DNA of 64,000 bases from Clostridia bacterium (lineage in GTDB: Bacteria; Bacillota; Clostridia; UMGS1840): positions 5,234-69,233 of the forward strand of contig JAZRFJ010000028.1 in assembly GCA_045661305.1 (NCBI GenBank), given 5' to 3'. Each line of letters opens with the position of its first letter. Positions within the stretch are counted from its first letter, which is position 1. Positions 9,411 to 17,729 of this stretch are shown here, one piece after another. The notes beneath the pieces were generated by a model. It had not been told where the DNA came from. It made no database searches and was given only the letters and a program-made list of their open reading frames with translations. Position numbers and translations under genes: made by a program.

Positions 9411-11252
9411 TTATTTATTATCCTCGTCAACAACTGTATAATCAGCCTCATAAGCATCATCATCGCCCGCTGACTGCTGTGCACCTGACATATCAGGACC
9501 TGCCCCCTGTGCATTAGGATTTGCCTGTGCGTAAATCTTTTGTGCAACTTCGTTGAATTTCTTTGTCACTTCTTCGCTTGCAGCTTTGATAGCATCTGTG
9601 TCTGTGCCTTTTAATGCTTCTTTTAATTTATCAACTTCAGCCTGTATTCCGGAAACTTCTTCAGGTGATAATTTGTCTTTTACTTCGCCTAAAGTTTTTT
9701 CTGTCTGATATACAAGGCTGTCAGCCTGATTTCTTATTTCAATGCTTTCTTTTTTCTTCTTATCTTCAGCTGCAAACTGTTCAGCTTCTTTAACAGCCTT
9801 ATCAATATCTGCATCTGTTAAATTTGTTGATGCAGTAATTGTTATCTTCTGCTCTGCACCTGTTCCCAAGTCTTTTGCACTTACATGAACGATACCGTTA
9901 GCATCTATATCGAAAGTAACTTCAATCTGCGGAATACCTCTTGGAGCAGGAGCAATACCTGAAAGCTGGAAGTTTCCGAGAGTTTTGTTATCAGCAGCCA
10001 TTTCTCTTTCACCCTGGAGGATATGAATATCAACTGCTGTCTGATTATCTGCTGCTGTTGAGAATATCTGACTTTTCTTTGTAGGAATTGTTGTATTTCT
10101 TTCTATAAGCTTTGTGCATACTCCTCCAAGTGTTTCAATACCGAGTGAAAGCGGTGTAACATCGAGTAAAAGTACATCCTTTACATCACCAGCCAAAACA
10201 CCTGCCTGAATTGCAGCACCAACAGCTACACATTCGTCAGGATTAATACCTTTGAACGGTTCTTTACCGATAAAGTTTTTAACAGCTTCCTGAACAGCAG
10301 GTATTCTTGAAGAACCGCCTACGAGTAATACTTTTGCAATATCTCCGGGCTGAAGTCCTGCATCTGAAAGTGCCTGTTTTGTAGGAATCATTGTTTTTTC
10401 TACAAGGTCAGCTGTAAGCTGGTCAAATTTTGCTCTTGTAAGAGTCATATCAAGGTGTTTAGGGCCTGTTTCGTCTGCTGTGATAAACGGAAGGTTAATA
10501 TTTGCTGTTGCAACACCTGAAAGCTCAATTTTTGCTTTTTCAGCAGCTTCTTTAAGTCTTTGAAGTGCCATTTTATCTTTTCTAAGGTCAATTCCGTTTT
10601 CTTTTTGGAATTCATCTGCAAGATAGTTCATAACTCTTTCATCAAAGTCATCACCGCCAAGACGGTTGTTACCGTTTGTAGCAAGAACTTCAAATACACC
10701 ATCACCGATTTCGAGGATTGAAACATCGAATGTTCCGCCTCCGAGGTCATATACCATAATTTTATGCTCGCTGTCCTTATCAAGACCATAAGCCAAAGAT
10801 GCAGCAGTAGGCTCGTTTATAATTCTCAAAACCTCCAAGCCTGCGATTTTACCTGCGTCCTTTGTTGCCTGTCTTTGAGCATCTGAGAAGTAAGCAGGAA
10901 CTGTGATAACAGCCTGGCTTACAGTTTCACCGAGGTAGCTTTCAGCATCAGCCTTTAATTTCTGTAATACCATTGCTGAAATTTCCTGAGGTGTATAATT
11001 TTTGTCATCAATGTTTACTTTTTTATCTGTACCCATATCTCTCTTTATAGAGCTGATTGTTCTTTCAGGGTTTGTAATTGCCTGTCTTTTAGCAACCTGA
11101 CCTACAAGTCTTTCACCTGCTTTAGTGAAAGCAACAACTGATGGTGTTGTTCTTGCACCCTCTGCATTAGCGATAACTACAGGTTCTCCACCCTCTAAAA
11201 CTGCAACACATGAATTTGTTGTACCTAAATCAATACCAATTATTTTAGCCAT
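9411..11252 (-). CDS. dnaK: molecular chaperone DnaK (Hsp70)
   Basis: 613 aa. [18 protein letters not shown] and other canonical Hsp70 signatures. Confidence 0.98.
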   Translation of the reverse strand: MAKIIGIDLGTTNSCVAVLEGGEPVVIANAEGARTTPSVVAFTKAGERLVGQVAKRQAITNPERTISSIKRDMGTDKKVNIDDKNYTPQEISAMVLQKLKADAESYLGETVSQAVITVPAYFSDAQRQATKDAGKIAGLEVLRIINEPTAASLAYGLDKDSEHKIMVYDLGGGTFDVSILEIGDGVFEVLATNGNNRLGGDDFDERVMNYLADEFQKENGIDLRKDKMALQRLKEAAEKAKIELSGVATANINLPFITADETGPKHLDMTLTRAKFDQLTADLVEKTMIPTKQALSDAGLQPGDIAKVLLVGGSSRIPAVQEAVKNFIGKEPFKGINPDECVAVGAAIQAGVLAGDVKDVLLLDVTPLSLGIETLGGVCTKLIERNTTIPTKKSQIFSTAADNQTAVDIHILQGEREMAADNKTLGNFQLSGIAPAPRGIPQIEVTFDIDANGIVHVSAKDLGTGAEQKITITASTNLTDADIDKAVKEAEQFAAEDKKKKESIEIRNQADSLVYQTEKTLGEVKDKLSPEEVSGIQAEVDKLKEALKGTDTDAIKAASEEVTKKFNEVAQKIYAQANPNAQGAGPDMSGAQQSAGDDDAYEADYTVVDEDNK

Positions 11253-11311
11253 AATAAAAATCTCCTTTTTTCTTTTTCTCTTTTTTCTTATTTATCTTTA
11301 CTTATTAAATT

Positions 11312-11854
11312 TTACGCTTTTACCTTAACCATACTATGACGGATTACCTTATCCTTTAACATATAGCCTTTTTGGAATTCGTCAAGCACAGTTCCGCTTT
11401 CTCCTTCGCCCTCTTCACTGTTCATAACTGCGTTATGGAACTCAGGGTCAAACGGGTTCCCAACAGCTTCTATCGGTGTAACACCAAGCTTTGAAAGAGT
11501 GTCATTAAACTTCTTTATAACAAGCTCAATTCCTTTTCTGTAATCCTCAACATTTCCCGTTTCATTTTTCATAGAAATTTCTAAAGTATCCAAAATCGGA
11601 ATAATGTCATTTACTGTGTTTCCGACAGCGAGGTCATAAGTGCCCTCTTTTTCCTTTTGAGTTCTTCTTTTATAGTTGTCAAACTCAGCAAGCAATCTCA
11701 AATATTTATCATTTATTGCGTTTGCATCATCCTTTAGCTTCTGAATTTCATTTTCTAAAGCTTCTTCTTTGGTTTCTTCTTTTTCTTCTGTTGTTTCTTC
11801 AATTTTTTCTTTTTCTGTTTCTTGTACTTTCTCTAATTTTTCTTTCTTTGCCAC
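11312..11854 (-). CDS. grpE: nucleotide exchange factor GrpE
   Basis: 180 aa with acidic/lysine-rich N-terminus, then LRLLAEFDNYKRR. Its position between hrcA and dnaK fits. Confidence 0.95.
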   Translation of the reverse strand: MAKKEKLEKVQETEKEKIEETTEEKEETKEEALENEIQKLKDDANAINDKYLRLLAEFDNYKRRTQKEKEGTYDLAVGNTVNDIIPILDTLEISMKNETGNVEDYRKGIELVIKKFNDTLSKLGVTPIEAVGNPFDPEFHNAVMNSEEGEGESGTVLDEFQKGYMLKDKVIRHSMVKVKA

Positions 11855-11874
11855 TTTTTCTGCCTCCTCCCATT

Positions 11875-12906
11875 TTATTCGCCGTTGCCTAAAAGATTTT
11901 CCATAGTTTTGGACATATTCTCTAAAGTAGTTATAACTTTTTCATAATTCATTCTCTTTGGTCCTATTACTCCAATCATGCCTGTTCTTCCGTCATAAGC
12001 CTTGTAAGAAGTAACAACCAAGCTTAAATCCTTGTCTTTTAACATCGGGCTTTCGTCACCGATAATAACAGTTGTACCTGCATTTTGGGATACGCTGTTT
12101 ACAAGTGCATTAACCTGCTCCTTATTATCAACAAGCTCTAAGAAATCCATAATTTTTTCAGTATCGGAAAACTCGGGTGCTTTTAACATATGTGATTTTC
12201 CGCTCATATACATCTGAGGTGTTCCCTTTTCCTCTAATGTTTCTGTGAGAAAATCAAGTATCATACCGAGTATTTCAAAATTGCTATTGAACTTTGCCTT
12301 AATCTTTTCTATAATTTCAGGCGTAATCATATCAAGCGTACAATGCCTTAATTCCTCGTTTACAATCTCTTTTATATATTCAATGGATTGTTGGGTTATA
12401 GGTGTAAGTATGCGTACCTGCTTACTTCTTACAGCACCTCTGTCGGTAACTAAAATAAACATCAGATAAAACTCTGTTATTTTCAAAATATCAAGGTGGC
12501 TTATTGAACCAAATGTATTATCCCTGATATTAGTTATGGCAGTAAGTCCCGTATTTTCCGAAATAGTCTTTGCCGCAAAATCCAAAAAGCGATTAAGCTC
12601 AAATAAATTTGCTTCCATTTTCGCCTTTAAGATTTCCATTTCCGTGTTTGTTGCCTTTATCTTTTTTATTAAGCTGTCAACATACAAACGGTAACCTGTG
12701 CTTGACGGTATTCTTCCCGCCGATGCGTGAGGCTGTGCCAAAAGTCCCATTTCCTCCAGGTCAGACATTTCATTTCTTATCGTTGCCGAGGATAAACCGA
12801 TATCACATTTTTTTGCAATAGTTCTTGACCCTACCGGCTCCGCCGTTTCTATATAATCCTCTATTAATGCCTTTAAGATGGTCGCTTTTCTTTTATCGAG
12901 TTCCAT
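11875..12906 (-). CDS. hrcA: heat-inducible transcription repressor HrcA
   Basis: 343 aa with N-terminal winged helix EPVGSRTIAKK. It is the first gene of the hrcA-grpE-dnaK-dnaJ operon, with CIRCE upstream. Confidence 0.95.
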   Translation of the reverse strand: MELDKRKATILKALIEDYIETAEPVGSRTIAKKCDIGLSSATIRNEMSDLEEMGLLAQPHASAGRIPSSTGYRLYVDSLIKKIKATNTEMEILKAKMEANLFELNRFLDFAAKTISENTGLTAITNIRDNTFGSISHLDILKITEFYLMFILVTDRGAVRSKQVRILTPITQQSIEYIKEIVNEELRHCTLDMITPEIIEKIKAKFNSNFEILGMILDFLTETLEEKGTPQMYMSGKSHMLKAPEFSDTEKIMDFLELVDNKEQVNALVNSVSQNAGTTVIIGDESPMLKDKDLSLVVTSYKAYDGRTGMIGVIGPKRMNYEKVITTLENMSKTMENLLGNGE

Positions 12907-12948
12907 TTTTTCACCTCTTTATAAGATAGTACCAGGCTTTCTTAGTTG

Positions 12949-12975
12949 TTAGCACTCTATCAAGTCGAGTGCTAA
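12949..12975 (-). promoter_or_regulatory. CIRCE operator (HrcA binding site)
   Basis: TTAGCACTC-N9-GAGTGCTAA, a perfect match to the CIRCE consensus. The palindrome extends to 12944-12980. Confidence 0.92.
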
Positions 12976-12982
12976 CAACTAT

Positions 12983-13011
12983 AAGATACCACTTTTTTTC
13001 CCTTTTGTCAA
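12983..13011 (-). promoter_or_regulatory. sigma-A type promoter of the hrcA operon
   Basis: Minus strand TTGACA (13011-13006), 17 nt, TATCTT (12988-12983), immediately upstream of CIRCE. Confidence 0.6.
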
Positions 13012-13129
13012 GCATTTTTGAAAAAAATTTAAAAATTATTTTTCCAATTTATAAAAAGTGAAAAATTAAAAAAGCTGAACAAATACTTAAAATAAAGCAT
13101 TCATTCAGCCTTTCAAAACCATTCTTATA

Positions 13130-13333
13130 CTATTTGGAAGAATCTCTGTCCCTGAAAAGAAGAGTAATAGCCCAAAGGCCCGCAATTCCAACTAAAGAGA
13201 AAATAATTCTTGAAATAGGAGATAACATACCGCCGAAAATTGATGAAACAACATCAACTCCAAAAAGTCCTATACTTCCCCAGTTAAGCGCTCCTACAAT
13301 TACAAGTATAAGTGCAATAGTGTCAATAATCAT
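13130..13333 (-). CDS. DUF378 family small membrane protein
   Basis: 67 aa with two TM helices. The ALILVIVGALNWGSIGLFGVDVV motif is typical of DUF378. Confidence 0.7.
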   Translation of the reverse strand: MIIDTIALILVIVGALNWGSIGLFGVDVVSSIFGGMLSPISRIIFSLVGIAGLWAITLLFRDRDSSK

Positions 13334-13417
13334 AATTTTGCCTCCATAAAATAACTTAAAAAATAATTTTTTTCATATATAATTATTGACAGAAATTATA
13401 TTTTTATACTTATTATA

Positions 13418-14347
13418 TTACTTTTTCTCTTCCGCTTGTTTTACCTGCTCGGTTTTTATCCCTAAAAACTCTGTTCTTATAAGCTCCTTTGTTTTTGGAA
13501 CATCACATATTACATATGAAGCCGTTCCGATGTAAAGCGGATTGTTTGGCATTTCATACATTCTGATACTGTCTTTACTAAGGGTATTTAAAATAGGAAG
13601 TAAATCTGTGAAGTTATAAAGTGCAACATTTGTTTTAAGATTTTTTTCTATTTCACTAAAAAGCTCAGGTGCTTTCGCAATCAAATCAGCATTAAGCTTC
13701 TGCTCATAAAGTGCTTTAACAAAATTCTGCTGTGCCTCAATTCTTCCCAAATCACCCGTAGGATATGACCGAAAACGACAGAACTGCTCCGATTTATCAC
13801 CATCAAGAAGCTGATATCCTGGGTATAGGTCAATATATAGTCCCTGGTCAGGGTCAGTATATTTCATTCTCTGCGGAACATCAATATAAACTCCGCCCAA
13901 AATATCTATGATTTTAGCAAATCCGCCCGGATTAACAACAGCATAATAATTTATAGGAAGCCCCGTAAGCTCTTTTACTTTAGCTAAAACGGCATCTACT
14001 CTTTGTCCCTCTTTTGCAGAAGCATAAACAGCATTTATTTTATTGTTCTGCGACCTTCCGATTGTTACTCTTGTATCTCTTGGAATACTCATTACATTAA
14101 GTACACTTCTTTTTGTATCAACAGAGGCAAGCATAATCGTATCTGTAAGAAGTCCGCCTTTGTCAGTTGCAAGAAGAAGCATATTTACTCTTCCGTCAAC
14201 CACCTTTTCGACCTCTGTAACACTCTGATTTTTTATAACAGGTTCAAGATACATAATTGCAGTATTTACTCCTGCAAAAACTGCAAAAATACAAAGTGCA
14301 ACCGAAATTATTCTTTTTACAATTTTTAAAAAAATTTTAAAATCCAT
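13418..14347 (-). CDS. LytR-CpsA-Psr (LCP) family cell-envelope glycopolymer transferase
   Basis: 309 aa with N-terminal TM anchor. Conserved LLLATDKGGLLTDTIMLASVD...SIPRDT...NKINAVYA and RFRSYPTGDLGRIEAQQNF blocks. Confidence 0.85.
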   Translation of the reverse strand: MDFKIFLKIVKRIISVALCIFAVFAGVNTAIMYLEPVIKNQSVTEVEKVVDGRVNMLLLATDKGGLLTDTIMLASVDTKRSVLNVMSIPRDTRVTIGRSQNNKINAVYASAKEGQRVDAVLAKVKELTGLPINYYAVVNPGGFAKIIDILGGVYIDVPQRMKYTDPDQGLYIDLYPGYQLLDGDKSEQFCRFRSYPTGDLGRIEAQQNFVKALYEQKLNADLIAKAPELFSEIEKNLKTNVALYNFTDLLPILNTLSKDSIRMYEMPNNPLYIGTASYVICDVPKTKELIRTEFLGIKTEQVKQAEEKK

Positions 14348-14372
14348 TTTTATTAAAGTCCTCTAACTTAAT

Positions 14373-15239
14373 CTAATCTGTCTGTTTTGTAGTTTTTTTA
14401 AACACATCATCTATAAGCTTTTTTGTTTCCTCTTCATTCTGCACCATATAGGACGCTCCGCCTATATACTTAGGTGATGAGGGAAGCTGATAAGTATTGA
14501 GTGTTAAGTTCTTAAATTTATATAATGTTTTTGCAAATTTTGAAATATCCGACAGACCAATATCTGTTTTAAAATCGTCCTTTACCTTTTTATATATAGC
14601 AGGAAGCTTTGCGATTGTTTTTGCATTGAGTTTTTGTTCATAAAGTGCTTTTAAAAACTCTTGCTGTGCATGTATTCTTCCCAAATCAGCATTTGCATAT
14701 CCACTTCTGTACCTCACATACTGCTCTGCCATAGCACCGTCAAGATGTTGCATACCTTTATTAAGATGTATATAAAGTCCCTGGTCGGGGTCCTCATAGT
14801 GCATATTCATAGGAACATCAAAATCGACACCGCCAAGTGCATCTATGACATTTTTAAAACCGTCAGGGTGAATAATCACATAATTATCAATTTTTAAATC
14901 AAGCATGTCCTCCACTTTCTTTTTTACAAGCTGGGGACGCTTTTTCTCATCCTCTCTTTGATAAACGCTGTTTAGTTTTACATGTCTTCCATTATCAAGC
15001 ATAACTCTCGTATCACGCGGTAGCGACATAAGATTTAAGCTCTTGGTATGAGTATTTATGTTTGCAACCATAATGGTATCTGTAAGAAGGCGTCCTTTAT
15101 CCGTTGCCAGAATAAGAACATTTACATTTCCTTTTGTAAAAAAGCCTTTTGATAACATTATTGCCGACATAAGTATAAAAATTACTAAAGCAACACTCAT
15201 TATTTTTCTTAAATATCTGAAAAATAATCTATTATTCAT
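14373..15239 (-). CDS. LCP family protein, tandem paralog
   Basis: 288 aa with the same motif set (ILATDKGRLLTDTIMVANIN...SLPRDT...RYRSGYANADLGRIHAQQEF). Clearly paralogous to 13418-14347. Confidence 0.85.
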   Translation of the reverse strand: MNNRLFFRYLRKIMSVALVIFILMSAIMLSKGFFTKGNVNVLILATDKGRLLTDTIMVANINTHTKSLNLMSLPRDTRVMLDNGRHVKLNSVYQREDEKKRPQLVKKKVEDMLDLKIDNYVIIHPDGFKNVIDALGGVDFDVPMNMHYEDPDQGLYIHLNKGMQHLDGAMAEQYVRYRSGYANADLGRIHAQQEFLKALYEQKLNAKTIAKLPAIYKKVKDDFKTDIGLSDISKFAKTLYKFKNLTLNTYQLPSSPKYIGGASYMVQNEEETKKLIDDVFKKTTKQTD

Positions 15240-15282
15240 ATATATTCCTCACAATTTTCTAAAATGTTTTAATAGTTTTATA

Positions 15283-15363
15283 TTATTCTTTATTATGGAG
15301 TATAAACATTGTTACGGGTACAATTATTGCAATAGCTATCGCAAGCCAGGTGGTAAAATTCAT
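15283..15363 (-). CDS. possible 26-aa hydrophobic micro-protein (MNFTTWLAIAIAIIVPVTMFILHNKE)
   Basis: Not in the ORF track (too short). Strong RBS AAAGGAG 7 nt upstream of the ATG. One predicted TM helix. Lies directly upstream of the LCP pair. No homology evidence. Confidence 0.3.
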   Translation of the reverse strand: MNFTTWLAIAIAIIVPVTMFILHNKE

Positions 15364-15414
15364 AGTGTTTCTCCTTTCTTTCGGAAGTTCGTGTCAAGAC
15401 CAGATTAAAAATTA

Positions 15415-15705
15415 TTATTTATCATAATATTTATATCCGCAAAAAGGACATTTTGGATAATCTAAATCGTGCTTCTTAGCACATTTGGGACATTGGATTT
15501 GTGCTATACCATTCTCTTCTTGATGTTCAGTATGATAAAACTCAATTTTACCACATCTCTCACATGAATATATATCAACTTCCATTGCACCAGCAATTAT
15601 ATTCGGCAAATCGCCTAAAATCCAACCAGTTTCTCCTAATTGAATTTTTCTTGAACCACTGTATTTCATTTTATTATTACATCTTAAACATACTAACTCT
15701 TTCAT
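15415..15705 (-). CDS. hypothetical double zinc-ribbon protein
   Basis: 96 aa with CLRC...CERC and CPKC...CPFC pairs. RBS AAAGGAGA. Confidence 0.55.
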   Translation of the reverse strand: MKELVCLRCNNKMKYSGSRKIQLGETGWILGDLPNIIAGAMEVDIYSCERCGKIEFYHTEHQEENGIAQIQCPKCAKKHDLDYPKCPFCGYKYYDK

Positions 15706-15717
15706 ATCCTATCTCCT

Positions 15718-15734
15718 TTCGGAAACTTTCGACA
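15718..15734 (-). promoter_or_regulatory. tandem Spo0A-box-like heptamers (TGTCGAA agt TTCCGAA) in the leader of 15415-15705
   Basis: The minus strand reads TGTCGAA (perfect 0A box), a 3-bp spacer, then TTCCGAA (6/7 to TGNCGAA). This is the same 7+3+7 geometry as the tandem 0A boxes of B. subtilis abrB. Confidence 0.45.
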
Positions 15735-15740
15735 TTCTTT

Positions 15741-15936
15741 ATATAAAGACTGTATAATCCGGATGCCAAGCATTTTTTATGAATTGACAACTCCGTTGTC
15801 ATGAATTGGCTCTGCCATGAATTCTCACTGACGCTCCATGAATTGAATTGCCTTAATGCACGAAGTGCAATTCATGAGCTGTAAGGCTCAATTCATGAAA
15901 CCTTTGATTTCAATTCATGCCGCAGGCAATTCATTG
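15741..15936 (+). repeat. repeat family R1, copy A: promoter-like module plus an array of short hairpins punctuated by CATGAATT (x4) then AATTCATG (x4)
   Basis: Direct-repeat partner at 18241-18438. Octamers start at 15779, 15801, 15817, 15838 and at 15869, 15890, 15912, 15928. Each inter-octamer segment is a small palindrome. The left end carries TGTATAAT on plus and TTGGCA-N17-TTATAT on minus. Confidence 0.85.
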
Positions 15937-15955
15937 CAGTCACAGACCGCATACG

Positions 15956-16123
15956 CTCGTGCCAAGTCAGGCGAACAGTGAATAATAGGACCTACTATTT
16001 TCTGTTCTTGTTTTCCTAAACAAAATCCATCAGAACCCGCAGGAATATTAGATTTTCCTGCCCGATATGTAAATATTTATTATCGGCAAACTAATCTTTT
16101 AAATTGTATGGACTTGACACAAG
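15956..16123. repeat. repeat family R2, copy A: 168-bp unit bounded by 13-bp terminal inverted repeats (MITE-like, switch-like, or structured RNA)
   Basis: CTCGTGCCAAGTC ... GACTTGACACAAG. Both ends are conserved with copy B and the centre has diverged apart from a covarying hairpin at 16039-16061. The unit ends 20 nt from the stop codon of 16143-16679. Confidence 0.8.
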
Positions 16124-16142
16124 TATGTAAACCCACTAAAAA

Positions 16143-16679
16143 CTATAAATTAAGTTTTCCTTTCATCTGTTTTGCATAAGGAATATCATCTATGCATATT
16201 TCAACAAACTGTATTACTGCATTGGCATAATCATTCCAATCTGCATCCTCATCTAAAATGACTTCATCAACGCCTAAATACTGATAACCACTTTTACAAG
16301 GCAACAACAAAGACACATACTTGCCTTGCATATCATCCCAACCAAGATGTATATATCTTTTTCCTTTTATTGCTTTTTTGAAACCTTTAATGCCATAATA
16401 TTTTTCTTCAAAAGTATTTTTACCCGAAAAATCATTGTATGATTCGTGCTGATTCCATTGTTCAATACCATATTTAATTTTTTCAGCTAGTTCTTCTTTG
16501 GTATATGGGCTTTTTAATTCTATAGGGTAATACGCTGTACAAAACCACGGCTCGTTTATTATTGTTCCATCCGCTAATTTTTGAGGTTCGTTGGTTTCAC
16601 TTTGCGGAAAAATAACGATGTCTTTTTCCTCATTCACATAAATATCAATCCATCTGAATTCTTCAAAATTAACTTTCAT
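16143..16679 (-). CDS. hypothetical cytoplasmic protein (acidic, about 178 aa)
   Basis: ORF 16143-16721 in the track. I prefer the start at MKVNFEEF (16679) because of the RBS GAAAGGTG. No family recognised with confidence. Size and acidity are compatible with an immunity-type protein, but that is a guess. Confidence 0.6.
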   Translation of the reverse strand: MKVNFEEFRWIDIYVNEEKDIVIFPQSETNEPQKLADGTIINEPWFCTAYYPIELKSPYTKEELAEKIKYGIEQWNQHESYNDFSGKNTFEEKYYGIKGFKKAIKGKRYIHLGWDDMQGKYVSLLLPCKSGYQYLGVDEVILDEDADWNDYANAVIQFVEICIDDIPYAKQMKGKLNL

Positions 16680-16711
16680 TTTTCCACACCTTTCTACATC
16701 ATTATATACCA

Positions 16712-16728
16712 TTCGACACAATTCTTAC
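16712..16728 (-). promoter_or_regulatory. Spo0A-box-like site (GTAAGAA ttg TGTCGAA) upstream of 16143-16679
   Basis: Perfect TGTCGAA on minus (16718-16712) with a degenerate partner 3 bp upstream. TGGTATATAAT (extended -10-like) follows immediately downstream. Confidence 0.4.
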
Positions 16729-16913
16729 TCGTGTCAAGTCAGGAGAACAGTGAATAATAGGAACTACTATTTTTGCCCTATTTTTTCAACTGTTTTTCTT
16801 TTAACACTTTTCCCTAGAACCCGTGAGAACACTGGATTTTCTCGCATTCGATAGTATATGTAAATATCAAAATCGGCAAACTAATCTTTTAAATTGTATG
16901 GACTTGACACGAG
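16728..16913. repeat. repeat family R2, copy B: 186-bp unit with perfect 13-bp terminal inverted repeats
   Basis: CTCGTGTCAAGTC (16728-16740) and GACTTGACACGAG (16901-16913) are exact reverse complements. Internal hairpin at 16823-16845. The unit ends 20 nt from the stop codon of 16933-17541. Confidence 0.85.
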
Positions 16914-16932
16914 TAACATGAATTTTAATTCT

Positions 16933-17541
16933 TCAATACAAGGATACGGGCTCCCAACCATAATGCTTGATGTAATTAATATCTAATCCGTTATGCTCTG
17001 CGTACATTCGCATGAATTCTATCTCTGCTTGATCGTTATCGTGATGGGTCATAAATTTATCATAAAGACCTGTATAGCCTTTTGTAAACTCTTTGATACT
17101 TTCAGCATAGTGCTCTCCGTCACCAGCTTTCTCAACAGATACAACAACATATCCGTTTTCTGTTTCTTTTAAATGAAAACAAGCAGGCATCTCTCCGCCA
17201 CCACCCTGCACCATTGTATCCCCCTCTAAGCGATAACCACCCGACCAGAAATTACCAAACACCAAATGCTCTCCATCACGGTCCGTCTCTTCTAAAATCA
17301 CAAACGAAGGAATCCAAACATCACCATAGCTTGCGTGACGCTCTGCTTCTTCATTAAACCAGTCACAAATAGCTGCAATAGCAAGGTTATCACCCACATA
17401 TACAAACGAGGGCATCTGTGTACCATCCTTTTGAGTAATATTAAATTGTGGTCCTCCGGAAGCAAGCGGTGGTTTTTCTGTCTTTTGACCGCAGCTGCAC
17501 AAAAGAAAAACAATCAAAAATAACACTAATATTTTTTTCAT
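16933..17541 (-). CDS. hypothetical lipoprotein
   Basis: 202 aa. Signal peptide with lipobox (LFLIVFLLCSC, Cys at the cleavage site). No recognised domain. Confidence 0.7.
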   Translation of the reverse strand: MKKILVLFLIVFLLCSCGQKTEKPPLASGGPQFNITQKDGTQMPSFVYVGDNLAIAAICDWFNEEAERHASYGDVWIPSFVILEETDRDGEHLVFGNFWSGGYRLEGDTMVQGGGGEMPACFHLKETENGYVVVSVEKAGDGEHYAESIKEFTKGYTGLYDKFMTHHDNDQAEIEFMRMYAEHNGLDINYIKHYGWEPVSLY

Positions 17542-17627
17542 AAAAACACTTCCTTTATATTATTTTCATATATCATATCAAAATAAGTGTGCTATAAACC
17601 TGACTTTTCTATCATTATTCAATAAAC

Positions 17628-17644
17628 TTCGACACAATTCGACT
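17628..17644 (-). promoter_or_regulatory. tandem Spo0A-box-like heptamers (AGTCGAA ttg TGTCGAA) upstream of the lipoprotein gene
   Basis: The minus strand reads CTTGACA aaa GTCGAA ttg TGTCGAA. This is a perfect box plus a 6/7 box with a 3-bp spacer, directly downstream of a TTGACA hexamer. Confidence 0.45.
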
Positions 17645-17729
17645 TTTGTCAAGACCGGCTAAAAAAATCACATCTGTATAAAAGCAAGCATATAATATAC
17701 AAAAAAGAAAAATTTTGTAGGTGATTTAT

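Noticed and set aside
15775-15940. CRISPR array or coding repeat as an explanation for the CATGAATT/AATTCATG periodicity
   Set aside because: The repeats are only 8 bp with 8-14 bp between them and they switch orientation halfway, which is incompatible with CRISPR. The spacings of 16, 21 and 22 nt are not all multiples of three, so no single frame carries a peptide repeat. The track ORF 18331-18516 over copy B is an artefact of this.
15388-17660. Integron attC sites as the identity of the cassette boundaries
   Set aside because: I could not find the RYYYAAC / GTTRRRY core pairs or the bulged-hairpin layout of attC in R1 or R2. No intI-like gene is in the window. The resemblance is only in overall logic.
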